Shown: one piece after another, positions 1-9,430 of the stretch
Layout of the letters: each line of letters starts with the position of its first letter
Position numbering within the stretch: the first letter of the stretch is position 1
Assembly: GCA_015063305.1 (NCBI GenBank)
Contig: SVUJ01000003.1
Span: forward strand, 883-64,882
Direction of reading: 5' to 3'
DNA length: 64,000 nt
DNA from: Oscillospiraceae bacterium
Lineage (GTDB): Bacteria; Bacillota; Clostridia; Oscillospirales; CAG-272
Notes under the pieces: model-generated
The model's input: only the letters and a program-made list of their open reading frames with translations
Database searches by the model: none
Told to the model about the DNA's origin: nothing
Translations under genes and position numbers: made by a program

Positions 1-1
1 A

Positions 2-220
2 GAGGACAGGCTCGGAGATGGAAGCGGAATAATCCTTGACCGTGTTTTTGTTACTCACGCCGGTTGTGATGCAGAGATATATGAGTCTTGTCTGGAAAAG
101 GTGAAGTCTATTGTGCCTTTCAAGGAGGTCTTACTTGCACGCGCGGGATGCACCATTTCTTCGCATTGCGGCAGAAACACACTCGGCGTTCTCTTTATCA
201 GAAAACCTGAAGACAAATAA
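2..220 (+). CDS. DegV family (fatty-acid binding) protein, C-terminal fragment; the 5' end lies outside the window
   Basis: Frame 2 reads ...VTHAGCDAEIYESCLEKV...ARAGCTISSHCGRNTLGVLFIRKPEDK*, a typical DegV C-terminus. Stop codon TAA at 218-220. Confidence 0.55.
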   Translation, partial: EDRLGDGSGIILDRVFVTHAGCDAEIYESCLEKVKSIVPFKEVLLARAGCTISSHCGRNTLGVLFIRKPEDK

Positions 221-308
221 GGTAATAGTACAAAATGTCATAAAATGAAATATAATTGCTCCAACGGCAAAATCACGCGCTGTTGGGGTAATTATTTTTA
301 TAAAAAGA

Positions 309-337
309 TTGACAATGGGTATAAAAAGTGATAAAAT
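309..337 (+). promoter_or_regulatory. sigma-70-type promoter of the E2-E3-E1 cluster
   Basis: TTGACA (309-314), 17-nt spacer, TAAAAT (332-337), about 90 nt upstream of the E2 start. Confidence 0.5.
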
Positions 338-423
338 GGTAATTAGGGAAGAATCGGCAAATTTGCCCTTTGACTTTGCTTGGATTCTTTAAGGACTAAT
401 TATACGAAAGGAAGATACATACA

Positions 424-1758
424 ATGGCAACTGTTGTAATTATGCCCCGTCAGGGACAGAGTGTTGAAAGCTGTATCATTACCGCTTTTAACAAAAAAGT
501 AGGAGATACCGTTGAAAAGGGAGACATTCTTTTCTCTTATGAAACGGACAAATCTTCTTTTGATGAGCCTGCTCCCGAATCGGGAAAGATCCTTGCAATT
601 TTCAGAGAAGAAGGCGACGACGTACCTTGCCTCGAAAACGTATTGGTGATAGGTAACGACGGAGAGGACTTTTCTGCATTTATACCTGCTGCTGAGGAGG
701 GAGATGCTCCCGCAGCCGCAGAGGAGGCACCCGCACAGGAGGCTGCTGCGCCCGTAGCACAGACTGCTGAGGCAGAGGCTTCTGCAACTCAGGGTGTTGG
801 TTCTATTTCTCCCAGAGCAAGACTTCTTGCTGAAAAGACACATGCTGATCTGCTCAAGGCTGTCCCCACAGGACCTAACGGCAGAATTATAGAGAGAGAC
901 GTTCAGAAGCTGGTTGATATGGGTCTTACCGTATCCCCCGCCGCAAAGGACGGATATACTGCGGCTGTTAATGGCAGTGGCATAAATGGAAAGGTAGTTC
1001 TCGGCGATCTTGCGGCAGCTCCTGCTGCTGAGACTGTTGCGGCAGCTCCTGTTGCGACTGTTGCTGAGTACGAAGACGTTAAGATACCCAACGTCAGAAA
1101 GATCATTTCCAAGGTTATGTGTGATTCGCTCACAACCATGGCTCAGCTTACATTTAACTCCTCTTTCGACGCTACAAAGCTTCTTGCTTTCAGAAAGTCG
1201 CTCAAGGCGGGAGGAGAGAAGATGGGTCTTGCAAACATCACTCTCAACGATATGATCCTTTATGCGGTATCCCGTGTTATCCTCAAGCACAAGGCTGCTA
1301 ATGCGCACATGCTTGGTGACACTATGAGATATTTCAATACAGTAAATATCGGTATTGCAGTTGATACAGAAAGAGGACTTTTAGTTCCTACCGTATTTGG
1401 AGCAGAGAAGCTTTCTCTTAACGAGCTTTCTATGAATGCTAAGTCTGTTATAACTGCGGCTCAGAGTGGAACGATCAATCCTGACTTCCTCAAGGGTGCT
1501 ACATTTACCGTATCCAACCTCGGTTCTCTCGGAATCGAATCCTTCACACCTATCGTTAACCCGCCTCAGACCTGTATTCTCGGAGTTGACTGCATAACAA
1601 AGAGAATAAAGGAAGTAAACGGAGAGGACGTTATCTATCCTTCTATGGGACTTTCTCTTACTGTTGACCACAGAGCGCTTGACGGTGCTGACGCGGCAAG
1701 AATACTTAAGGATATCGGATTCGCGCTTGAGAATATCGACCTTCTTTTGGCAAAATAA
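424..1758 (+). CDS. dihydrolipoamide acyltransferase, E2 component of a 2-oxoacid dehydrogenase complex
   Basis: N-terminal lipoyl domain with the ETDKSSF lipoyl-lysine motif. Ala/Pro/Glu linkers. E3-binding-like segment ISPRARLLAEK...GPNGRIIERDV. C-terminal catalytic motif DHRALDGA. RBS AAAGGAAG lies upstream. Confidence 0.9.
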   Translation: MATVVIMPRQGQSVESCIITAFNKKVGDTVEKGDILFSYETDKSSFDEPAPESGKILAIFREEGDDVPCLENVLVIGNDGEDFSAFIPAAEEGDAPAAAEEAPAQEAAAPVAQTAEAEASATQGVGSISPRARLLAEKTHADLLKAVPTGPNGRIIERDVQKLVDMGLTVSPAAKDGYTAAVNGSGINGKVVLGDLAAAPAAETVAAAPVATVAEYEDVKIPNVRKIISKVMCDSLTTMAQLTFNSSFDATKLLAFRKSLKAGGEKMGLANITLNDMILYAVSRVILKHKAANAHMLGDTMRYFNTVNIGIAVDTERGLLVPTVFGAEKLSLNELSMNAKSVITAAQSGTINPDFLKGATFTVSNLGSLGIESFTPIVNPPQTCILGVDCITKRIKEVNGEDVIYPSMGLSLTVDHRALDGADAARILKDIGFALENIDLLLAK

Positions 1759-1776
1759 TTTTGGAGGTGACCGATC

Positions 1777-3135
1777 ATGTATGATCTTATAATTCTGGGT
1801 GGAGGACCTGCCGGTTATAATGCGGCTGAACGCGCAGGACATGCAGGACTGAAGACCCTTGTTATCGAGGAAAGAGCTCTCGGAGGCGTTTGCCTTAACG
1901 AGGGATGTATTCCTACAAAGACCCTTCTGTACTCCGCAAAGATATACGACTATGCGAAGCACGGTGAGGATTACGGTGTTAAATTTGATTCTGCCGCTAT
2001 CGACCACGCTTTTGTCGTTGAGCGTAAGAACAAGGTAGTAAAGCAGCTCGTATCGGGCGTTGGCGCTAAGCTTAAGAAGTCGGGCGTTGAGGTCGTTAAG
2101 GCTACCGCTCAGATAAAAGAGAGAAATGCTGAGGGCTTTGTTGTTACCGCAGAGGGTAAGGATTACGTTGGAAAGCAGCTTCTTATTTGTACAGGCTCTT
2201 CTCCCGCTCTTCCTCCTATCGACGGACTTGCTGATTCGGTTAAGTCGGGCTTTGCGCTGACTAACAGAGAAGTGCTCGACCTCAAGGAGCTTCCCAAGAC
2301 GATAGTTATCGTCGGCGGAGGAGTTATAGGTCTTGAGATGGCTTCCTATTTCAACTCGGTCGGCTCTAAGGTATACGTTGTTGAGATGATGGATCATATC
2401 GCAGGCGCTGTTGATCGCGAAATATCCGCTATGCTTCAGAAGGACTATGCCGCAAGAGGCGTTGAGTTCATACTCGGAGCTAAGGTAACATCCATAAAGG
2501 ATAAAGCCGTTACATACGAAAAGGACGGAAAGAGCACAGTTCTTCCTTGTGACTATGCGCTTGTATCTATCGGACGCCGTCCGAGAACTGCGGGACTTGG
2601 ATGCGAAAACATCGGTCTTAAGCTTGAGAGAGGCGCTATAGTTACGAATGAGCTTGGAAAGACCAACGTTCCCGGTGTTTGGGCTGCAGGCGACGTAAAC
2701 GGAAAGTCGATGCTTGCGCACACCGCTTACCGCGAGGGTGAGGTTTGTATAAACAACATACTCGGTAAGAAGGATAGAATAAATTACAACTCTATTCCTG
2801 CGGTAATCTACACCAATCCCGAGGTCGCTTCTGTCGGTGAGACAAGCGAGTCGATCAAGGAAAAAGGACTTGACGCATCTGTCCAGACCGTTACTCTTAA
2901 GTACAGCGGACGTTATATCGCTGAGAACGAGCACGGCAACGGAGTTGTTAAGATAATCACCGATAATAAGCACCACAATATCATAGGTCTTCATATGATA
3001 GGCAGCTATGCGTCCGAGATAATCTATGGCGCGGCTATGATGGTTGAGACCGAGATGAGAGTTGCTGATATCCAGAAGCTCGTATTCCCGCACCCCACCG
3101 TTTGCGAAGTTATCAGAGAAGCAATGTTTATGTAA
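1777..3135 (+). CDS. lpdA: dihydrolipoyl dehydrogenase, E3 component
   Basis: GGGPAGY FAD-binding motif, redox-active CLNEGCIPTK disulfide, second GGGVIGLE dinucleotide fold. Starts 18 nt after E2, with a GGAGGTG RBS. Confidence 0.92.
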   Translation: MYDLIILGGGPAGYNAAERAGHAGLKTLVIEERALGGVCLNEGCIPTKTLLYSAKIYDYAKHGEDYGVKFDSAAIDHAFVVERKNKVVKQLVSGVGAKLKKSGVEVVKATAQIKERNAEGFVVTAEGKDYVGKQLLICTGSSPALPPIDGLADSVKSGFALTNREVLDLKELPKTIVIVGGGVIGLEMASYFNSVGSKVYVVEMMDHIAGAVDREISAMLQKDYAARGVEFILGAKVTSIKDKAVTYEKDGKSTVLPCDYALVSIGRRPRTAGLGCENIGLKLERGAIVTNELGKTNVPGVWAAGDVNGKSMLAHTAYREGEVCINNILGKKDRINYNSIPAVIYTNPEVASVGETSESIKEKGLDASVQTVTLKYSGRYIAENEHGNGVVKIITDNKHHNIIGLHMIGSYASEIIYGAAMMVETEMRVADIQKLVFPHPTVCEVIREAMFM

Positions 3136-3175
3136 GCTATAAAATTATCAATAAAATCTAAAGGAGAACATTAAA

Positions 3176-5662
3176 ATGCCTAAGAGTCAATACGTTGACC
3201 CCGGTAAGGCCTTTGAAGCCGGGTACATCCATTTTGAAGACATTCCTGTATGTCAGTACAACAAAACACTCAAGGAAGAGATGAAGATCTATTCCAAGGA
3301 AGATATGCTTCGTATCTACCGCGATATGGCTATCATCCGTGAGTTCGAGACCATGCTTAACGAAGTTAAGGTCAAGAGCGAGTACAACGGAGTTAAATAT
3401 AACAACCCCGGTCCCGCGCACCTTTCTATCGGTCAGGAGGCATCTGCCGTAGGTGAGGCTTACTGCCTTGATATCAACGACTTTTCCTTCGGTTCTCACC
3501 GTAGCCACGGCGAGATACTCGCAAAGGGACTTTCCTCTATCCACAAGCTCGACGATAAGGAGCTTTACGACATAATGAAGGAGTTCCTTGACGGAACTGT
3601 TCTTGCTGTTGTTGAAAAGCATATGAACGCAGGCGGAAACATCAAGGAGCTTGCTATAAACTTCTTGCTTTACGGAGCACTCGCAGAGATATTCGCACGT
3701 AAGACAGGCTTTAACCGCGGTCTTGGCGGATCTATGCACGCGTTCTTCATACCCTTCGGACTTATGCCTAACAATGCTATCGTTGGAGCATCCGCTCCCA
3801 TAGCTCTCGGTGCGGCTCTCTATAAGAGATCCAACCACAAGCCCGGTATAGTTATTTCTAACTGCGGCGACGGCGCAACAGGACGCGGTCCTGTGCTTGA
3901 GGCTCTCAACTTTGCTTCTATGGACCAGATCACAAAGCTCTGGGGTATGGACGGCAAGTTCAGCGACGGCGGTATGCCGATACTCTTTAACGTATTTAAC
4001 AACCACTACGGTATGGGCGGTCAGACCCGCGGCGAGACCATGGGCTTTGATATGGCTGCGCGTCTTGGCGCAGGCTTCAATCCCAGCCAGATGCACGCAG
4101 AGCGCGTAAACGGATACGATCCGCTTGCAGTTATCGACGCTGTTACCCGCAAGAAGAAGCTCCTTCTCGAGGGTAAGGGTCCCGCACTCCTCGACGTTGT
4201 TACATACCGTATATCCGGTCACTCTCCCTCTGACTCGTCTACCTACCGTACACAGGAGGAGATCGATGCTTGGAAGGCGGCAGATCCGATCCTTGCGTTC
4301 AAGACCAAGCTCATTCTTGGCGGCGTAGCTACAGAGAACGAGTTTGCTACCATTCAGGAGCAGATCACAAACAGAATGACCGAGATAATGAAGCTCGCTA
4401 TCAATGATGAGATATCTCCTCGTATGGACCTTAACAAAGAGCCCGACGCTATATCCTCTATTATGTTCTCCAACCAGAAGGTGGTCAGCATGGATCCCAG
4501 CCGTGAGGCAGAGATGCTTATGCCCAAGGAGGAGTGCCCCCGTGTTAAGGAGATCGCAGGAAAGACACGTACAGCTAAGGATAAGAACGGCAAGCCTGTT
4601 TCTAAGATGAAGATGTACAATATCTGCGACGGTTTGTTTGAGCCGATCATTGACAAGTTCTATGACGACCCCACGCTTATCGCGTACGGTGAGGATAACC
4701 GTGACTGGGGCGGAGCATTCGGCGTTTACAAGAAGATGACCGAGGCTGTTCCTTACCACCGCTTCTTCAACTCTCCTATTTCCGAGTCTGCTATAGTAGG
4801 CTCTGCTGTAGGATACGCAATGTGCGGAGGACGCGCTATAGTTGAGCTTATGTACGCTGACTTTATCGGCTGTGCAGGAGACGAGATATTCAACCAGATG
4901 GCTAAGTGGCAGGCAATGTCGGCAGGAATACTCAAGATGCCTATAGTTCTTCGTGTTTCTGTTGGTTCTAAGTACGGCGCTCAGCACTCTCAGGACTGGA
5001 CAGCACTCTGCGCTCACATTCCCGGACTTAAGGTAGTATTCCCGTCCACTCCCGCAGATGCAAAGGGTCTTATGACCACAGCGCTTGACGGAACTGACCC
5101 CGTTGTATTCTTTGAGTCGCAGAGAATATACGGTATCGGAGAAGAGTTCATGAAGGACGGTGTTCCCACAGGACACTATGAGATACCCTTCGGTGAGCCC
5201 GATATCAAGAAAGAGGGTAAGGACGTTACCATTCTTACTATCGGCGCGGTTCTTTACAGAGCTCTCGAGGCTGCAAAGATACTTGAGGAGAAGTACGGTA
5301 TATCCGCAGAGGTCATAGATACACGTTCTATCGTTCCTTTCAACTACGAGAAGGTTATCGAGTCTGTTAAGAAGACAGGTAAGGTATTGCTCGTTGGTGA
5401 TGCTTGTGAGAGAAACTCTGTAATGAGAGATATGGCTTCTAACATCACAGAGATGTGCTTCGATTACCTTGACGGTCCTGCAGTAGTTGTTGGATCGCGC
5501 AACTGGATCACACCTGCATTCGAGCTTGAGAAGAGCTTCTTCCCGCAGGCTGATTGGATAATCGATGCTCTCCACGAGAAGATCATGCCCATTCCGGGAC
5601 ACGTTCCCACTAACAACTTTACCGATATCGAAAAGGTAGAGCGCGCTAAGAAGGGCTTATAA
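3176..5662 (+). CDS. fused E1 alpha/beta component of a TPP-dependent 2-oxoacid dehydrogenase (828 aa)
   Basis: The N-terminal half carries the E1-alpha TPP motif (CGDGATGRG...NNHYGMGG). The C-terminal half resembles the E1-beta pyrimidine-binding and C-terminal domains ([17 protein letters not shown]...; [10 protein letters not shown]). It is a single uninterrupted ORF. Confidence 0.85.
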   Translation: MPKSQYVDPGKAFEAGYIHFEDIPVCQYNKTLKEEMKIYSKEDMLRIYRDMAIIREFETMLNEVKVKSEYNGVKYNNPGPAHLSIGQEASAVGEAYCLDINDFSFGSHRSHGEILAKGLSSIHKLDDKELYDIMKEFLDGTVLAVVEKHMNAGGNIKELAINFLLYGALAEIFARKTGFNRGLGGSMHAFFIPFGLMPNNAIVGASAPIALGAALYKRSNHKPGIVISNCGDGATGRGPVLEALNFASMDQITKLWGMDGKFSDGGMPILFNVFNNHYGMGGQTRGETMGFDMAARLGAGFNPSQMHAERVNGYDPLAVIDAVTRKKKLLLEGKGPALLDVVTYRISGHSPSDSSTYRTQEEIDAWKAADPILAFKTKLILGGVATENEFATIQEQITNRMTEIMKLAINDEISPRMDLNKEPDAISSIMFSNQKVVSMDPSREAEMLMPKEECPRVKEIAGKTRTAKDKNGKPVSKMKMYNICDGLFEPIIDKFYDDPTLIAYGEDNRDWGGAFGVYKKMTEAVPYHRFFNSPISESAIVGSAVGYAMCGGRAIVELMYADFIGCAGDEIFNQMAKWQAMSAGILKMPIVLRVSVGSKYGAQHSQDWTALCAHIPGLKVVFPSTPADAKGLMTTALDGTDPVVFFESQRIYGIGEEFMKDGVPTGHYEIPFGEPDIKKEGKDVTILTIGAVLYRALEAAKILEEKYGISAEVIDTRSIVPFNYEKVIESVKKTGKVLLVGDACERNSVMRDMASNITEMCFDYLDGPAVVVGSRNWITPAFELEKSFFPQADWIIDALHEKIMPIPGHVPTNNFTDIEKVERAKKGL

Positions 5663-5685
5663 TTAATAGAATTATAATCTGAAAA

Positions 5686-5726
5686 GGGGGAAGAGGACGG
5701 TCCGAGAGGGTCTGTCTTCTTCCCCC
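5686..5726 (+). terminator. GC-rich hairpin after the E1 gene, with no clear U-tract
   Basis: GGGGGAAGA (5686-5694) pairs with TCTTCCCCC (5718-5726). Confidence 0.4.
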
Positions 5727-5766
5727 ATAGCCCATTTTATAAACTTGGGAGTATTGGGAAAAGAGT

Positions 5767-6741
5767 ATGAAATTTTTAGTTCTGAAAACAAAAGACCCCT
5801 ATTTAAATCTGGCTGTTGAGGAATATCTGTTCCTTGGCAGCGAGGACGATATTTTTATGCTCTGGCAGAATGAGCCTACGGTCGTTATCGGAAAAAATCA
5901 GAATGCCTATGCAGAGATAAATATGGATTTTATTGAGAAAAATCGCATACATATCGCGCGTCGCATAACGGGAGGCGGGGCTGTTTATCACGACCTGGGA
6001 AATTTGAACTACACATTTATTTCCTCTAACAAGGCTAAAGAGGGAATTGATTTTGAGTATTTCACGCGCCCTATAATAGAGGCGCTGGCGTCTATAGGTG
6101 TTGTGGCGGAGCTTTCGGGCAGAAATGACCTTATGGCTGAGGGCAAAAAAATATCGGGAAACGCCCAACATACCGCTAACGGCAGAACTCTGCATCACGG
6201 AACGCTGCTGTTTGACAGCGATCTTGACGTGCTTTCCTCGGCTCTCAAGGTGGACGAGGAAAAGATAAGGGCGAAAGGGATAAAATCAACGCGCTCAAGA
6301 GTTACCAATATCAATGCGATACTCGGCGGTAAATATACCATGGAGGAATTTATAGAGCTGTTGTCGGCTCACGTTATATCAAAATATTCTCCCGATATCA
6401 TTGATGCTCCAGAGGCTGCCGAGATAGACGGGCTTTATCGAAGAAACAGCTCACGTGAATGGATCTTTCCCGAAAGAGAGCTTCTTTCGAGATACAGTTT
6501 GCTTAAAAAGAAAAGATACCCGTTCGGTATCGTTGAGATATATCTTGATATGTCGAATGATATAATAAAGGATATAAAGATCAGAGGGGACTTTTTTGGA
6601 GTATCTCCCACAGAAGAGCTTGAAGCGATGCTTGTTGGGATAAGACTTAAAGAAGCTGAGAAAAAAATAGAGGATATAGATATCGGAGAGTATATCTTTG
6701 GTATCACCAATGATATCTTTTTGGAGCAATTAACAAAATAA
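5767..6741 (+). CDS. lplA: lipoate-protein ligase A
   Basis: RRITGGGAVYHDLGNLNYTFI and KISGNAQ motifs typical of LplA. About 324 aa including the accessory C-terminal domain. Confidence 0.88.
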   Translation: MKFLVLKTKDPYLNLAVEEYLFLGSEDDIFMLWQNEPTVVIGKNQNAYAEINMDFIEKNRIHIARRITGGGAVYHDLGNLNYTFISSNKAKEGIDFEYFTRPIIEALASIGVVAELSGRNDLMAEGKKISGNAQHTANGRTLHHGTLLFDSDLDVLSSALKVDEEKIRAKGIKSTRSRVTNINAILGGKYTMEEFIELLSAHVISKYSPDIIDAPEAAEIDGLYRRNSSREWIFPERELLSRYSLLKKKRYPFGIVEIYLDMSNDIIKDIKIRGDFFGVSPTEELEAMLVGIRLKEAEKKIEDIDIGEYIFGITNDIFLEQLTK

Positions 6742-6780
6742 AAATCCGAACCTTACAAAATGTTGAGGTTCGGATTTTTG
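6741..6780 (+). terminator. rho-independent terminator after lplA
   Basis: Stem TCCGAACCT (6745-6753) pairs with AGGTTCGGA (6766-6774), followed by TTTTT. Confidence 0.75.
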
Positions 6781-6899
6781 TTTTCGACACCCGAAGGTTG
6801 GGGGTCGATGAATAAATAAAAAGCCGAACCTCACCATCGTGTAGGGAGGCCCGAGCTTTTGCTTTTGACACCCGAAGATTGGGTGCCAACACTGTTGGC
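6741..6899. repeat. two tandem copies of a ~65-75 nt two-hairpin module
   Basis: Copy A starts at about 6741 and copy B at about 6817. Both begin AAAAA(T/G)CCGAACCT and both end with TTTT(C)GACACCCGAAG(G/A)TTGGG. By-eye alignment suggests roughly 70% identity. Confidence 0.6.
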
Positions 6900-6986
6900 T
6901 GGTGCCGGTGATCGGGGTCGAACCGATACGGTATCGCTACCACTGGATTTTGAGTCCAGCACGTCTGCCAATTCCATCACACCGGC
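6900..6986 (-). tRNA. tRNA-Leu (anticodon CAA), with encoded CCA
   Basis: The reverse complement folds as a cloverleaf. Acceptor stem GCCGGTG/CACCGGC. Anticodon stem CTGGA/TCCAG with loop CTCAAAA. Long variable arm. T-arm ATCGG-TTCGACC-CCGAT. 3' ACCA. Confidence 0.93.
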
Positions 6987-7004
6987 ATAATAAGTCCGTT
7001 TGAA

Positions 7005-7033
7005 ATTATATCACATAATAAAAATAAAATCAA
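7005..7033 (-). promoter_or_regulatory. sigma-70-type promoter of tRNA-Leu
   Basis: On the minus strand: TTGATT (7033-7028), 17 nt, TATAAT (7010-7005). It sits about 20 nt upstream of the tRNA 5' end. Confidence 0.5.
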
Positions 7034-7131
7034 TACCTTTTTAAAATAAAAATAATAAATTTAAAAATTGATTGATTTTGTCGAGCGGATGTGTTAAAAT
7101 GTATGTATATTTAATGTTTATAGGAGGATGT

Positions 7132-9426
7132 ATGAAAAAAGCGATATCGTTTTTTGTTTTAATAGCGTTGCTCTTTAATTGCTGCTCTATGATCGTGTCG
7201 GCAAATAGCGCCTTGAGTACATCCGAAGTAGCTTACGACGGCAATGATATAGGCTTTATACACGACTGTACGTATGATCCTGTGCGCAAACAGATCAATA
7301 TAAGCGGTACGATAAAGCATGATGTCCTGATAGATCATACGGGGCATAATATCGCTGTCTATGCCATACCCAACGGTAAAACGCTTGCTGACGTTCTGAG
7401 CTCACCAACCTCAAAGCCGGTGGCAAGCGCCCACATATCTATAAAATTTCAGTTTTCTATAAAGGCCGATTCAACAGAGGCTCGTTTTTCAAAATATGCT
7501 GTAATTATATACGATATAATAGCAAATGCCAAGGTCGTGGGAACACCTTCTTATCCTGCTGTGGTATCAACTTATAAATTTGATGCAGAAAATAGGGGAT
7601 ATAAAGGTCTTTCAACACAGCTTGTATCAAACGCTACCGATTCGGGCGCTAAAACGGCGATAGTTCCCGTTTACTTAAACAAGCTGGTCAACAACGTGTC
7701 CTCGGGCTACATATATGATTTTGAACAGGGCTCGCTCTTTTTTGACAAGCCTTATATCGATGCTCTGGACGTACGGATAAAGAGTCTGTCGGCGGTTGGA
7801 GCAAGGGTTTATTTGCAGTATTTGTTTGACAGTACCGAAGATAGCCAACTACTTGCGCTGGGTACAGCATCGGGTGACGGAACAGATCTTCCCGATATGC
7901 GCGAATACTATAACGTAACCCTTATAGAAGCGTTTACCGATTTTCTCTTGGATAGATATAGTGATGAAGATAACACTCGCATCGACGGAATGATCTTGGG
8001 AGAGAGGGTGGACGCCAAGTATACAGCGAATATTTTGAGTGTTGAAGAATACGTGGAGAATTATGCCTTTTATATGACGGTGGTTGGAAGCACCGCGCGG
8101 GCTCATTCTCCCGCGATAGATATCGTGTTGCCTTTGAGTGATGCTGACGGTTATTCGTCAGGCGCTGTTTTGGAAACAGAGCTTTCTCCCTCTGTTTTTT
8201 TGGAAGAAATATGTATTTTCTTTGACGACAGCTTTTATGGAAAATTCTCATTTTCCACATTGGTTCAATCGAGCTCGATCCCCTATGGAATAAGCGACGA
8301 AGCAATTTCCGAGGGAGAGTTTACCAAGCCCGAGTACAACGGGATAAATGCCGACACAGCGGCAGAGTATTCGTGGTATATATTAAACCTTGCACAGAGA
8401 TTTGAAAGCGCACCCGAGGGATTTATCTTTTTGTGGGAAGTGCCGAAGGATATCTCGTGTGACGTTCTGAATGCGGCATACGCATATTCCTACTTTAAGC
8501 TTCTCTCAAATTCTAATCTTTCCTCGTTCGTGGTGTCCTTTGCACAGATAGAAAAAGAGGGTGATTATTCGCGTTACTCGGATATTTCACGGATGGTGAA
8601 ATATATCGACACCGATCAGAGCAGCGACGTGACCAAGGAAGCGCTACGGATGTTGGGAGAGAATAGCTGGAGTAACGTTTTGGGAGCTGACTATAGGGAA
8701 AATCCTATTACCGGCAAGGTCATTGAACTCAAAGAGATATCTTCAGCACCGAGCAATATCTTGGGCGAATATGCTTATCACGATTTTTCATATCATACCG
8801 ATATATCCCTGTGGTTTGCGGGTAATGACTGTGACTCTATGAAGATAACCCACAGCGATACCGTTGGAAGAGCGCTTGAGGCTCATTTTCTCGGCAAAGC
8901 TAATGAACCGACAGAGTACTCCGAGATAATCTGTAGATATGAATATCCCGAAACCTTTGAGTTCACCCCCGATATGTCGATGAAGTTCAGTATAAAGAAT
9001 GACGACAATGATAAAGACGCGCTTTATGAGGTCAAGTTTACTATAGGTGACGGAAAGAATATTGCCCATATTACCAAGCTCTGCCGTTCCTATGAGCAGA
9101 TAACTGTCTTCTTTAACGTGGCGGAGTATTTTGATATAGCAAAAACAGACTATATCAAAATAGGTATAAGGTCGCTTACAGGCGAGGGCTCGGGATATTC
9201 CTTGAGCGTGGCATCTATAAGCGGATACAGTACTCAATATACCTCTGAAGAGCTTGCGGATATGATATCCGATGAGCGCTCACGTATCAAGGACGATATT
9301 AATAGTGTTTCTGATACACAAGAGAAGGACGAGGTCAATACGGTGATAGTTGTGACCGCTGTTGCGGTAGTCGTAGCGGTAATAGCGATTGGACTGTTTA
9401 TGTGCTTCAGACGTGATGAAACCTAA
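7132..9426 (+). CDS. secreted, C-terminally membrane-anchored protein of unknown function (764 aa), possibly with a TIM-barrel glycosidase-like core
   Basis: ATG at 7132 follows the RBS AGGAGGA; the track ORF begins at an upstream TTG at 7072. Signal peptide MKKAISFFVLIALLFNCCSMIVSANS. C-terminal TM helix VIVVTAVAVVVAVIAIGLFMCF followed by RRDET. I recognise no catalytic motif. Confidence 0.7.
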   Translation: MKKAISFFVLIALLFNCCSMIVSANSALSTSEVAYDGNDIGFIHDCTYDPVRKQINISGTIKHDVLIDHTGHNIAVYAIPNGKTLADVLSSPTSKPVASAHISIKFQFSIKADSTEARFSKYAVIIYDIIANAKVVGTPSYPAVVSTYKFDAENRGYKGLSTQLVSNATDSGAKTAIVPVYLNKLVNNVSSGYIYDFEQGSLFFDKPYIDALDVRIKSLSAVGARVYLQYLFDSTEDSQLLALGTASGDGTDLPDMREYYNVTLIEAFTDFLLDRYSDEDNTRIDGMILGERVDAKYTANILSVEEYVENYAFYMTVVGSTARAHSPAIDIVLPLSDADGYSSGAVLETELSPSVFLEEICIFFDDSFYGKFSFSTLVQSSSIPYGISDEAISEGEFTKPEYNGINADTAAEYSWYILNLAQRFESAPEGFIFLWEVPKDISCDVLNAAYAYSYFKLLSNSNLSSFVVSFAQIEKEGDYSRYSDISRMVKYIDTDQSSDVTKEALRMLGENSWSNVLGADYRENPITGKVIELKEISSAPSNILGEYAYHDFSYHTDISLWFAGNDCDSMKITHSDTVGRALEAHFLGKANEPTEYSEIICRYEYPETFEFTPDMSMKFSIKNDDNDKDALYEVKFTIGDGKNIAHITKLCRSYEQITVFFNVAEYFDIAKTDYIKIGIRSLTGEGSGYSLSVASISGYSTQYTSEELADMISDERSRIKDDINSVSDTQEKDEVNTVIVVTAVAVVVAVIAIGLFMCFRRDET

Positions 9427-9430
9427 AAAG

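Noticed and set aside
3158-5602. 814-aa ORF antisense to the fused E1 gene. Similar ORFs lie at 400-1308, 1381-3093, 15006-16073, 36457-37452, 45999-47021, 47072-47737, 52490-53989, 54452-55366 and 58696-59379.
   Set aside because: All lie in the exact reverse-complement codon register of well-supported genes. Their translations are low-complexity (rich in S, R, L, C, Y), have no RBS or recognisable domains, and are explained by avoidance of TTA/CTA/TCA codons in the sense genes.
6704-6943. 79-aa minus-strand ORF across the lplA/tRNA intergenic region.
   Set aside because: It runs through the tRNA-Leu gene and the terminator hairpins, so it is not coding.
7072-7131. N-terminal extensions of track ORFs that begin at upstream alternative or ATG start codons. 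Examples are 7072, 11746, 23735, 28927, 29548, 35051, 38289, 41248, 46008, 49850, 51588, 53616 and 57839.
   Set aside because: In each case an internal ATG preceded by a good Shine-Dalgarno sequence gives the canonical family N-terminus or avoids overlap with the upstream gene, so the extensions are not believed.
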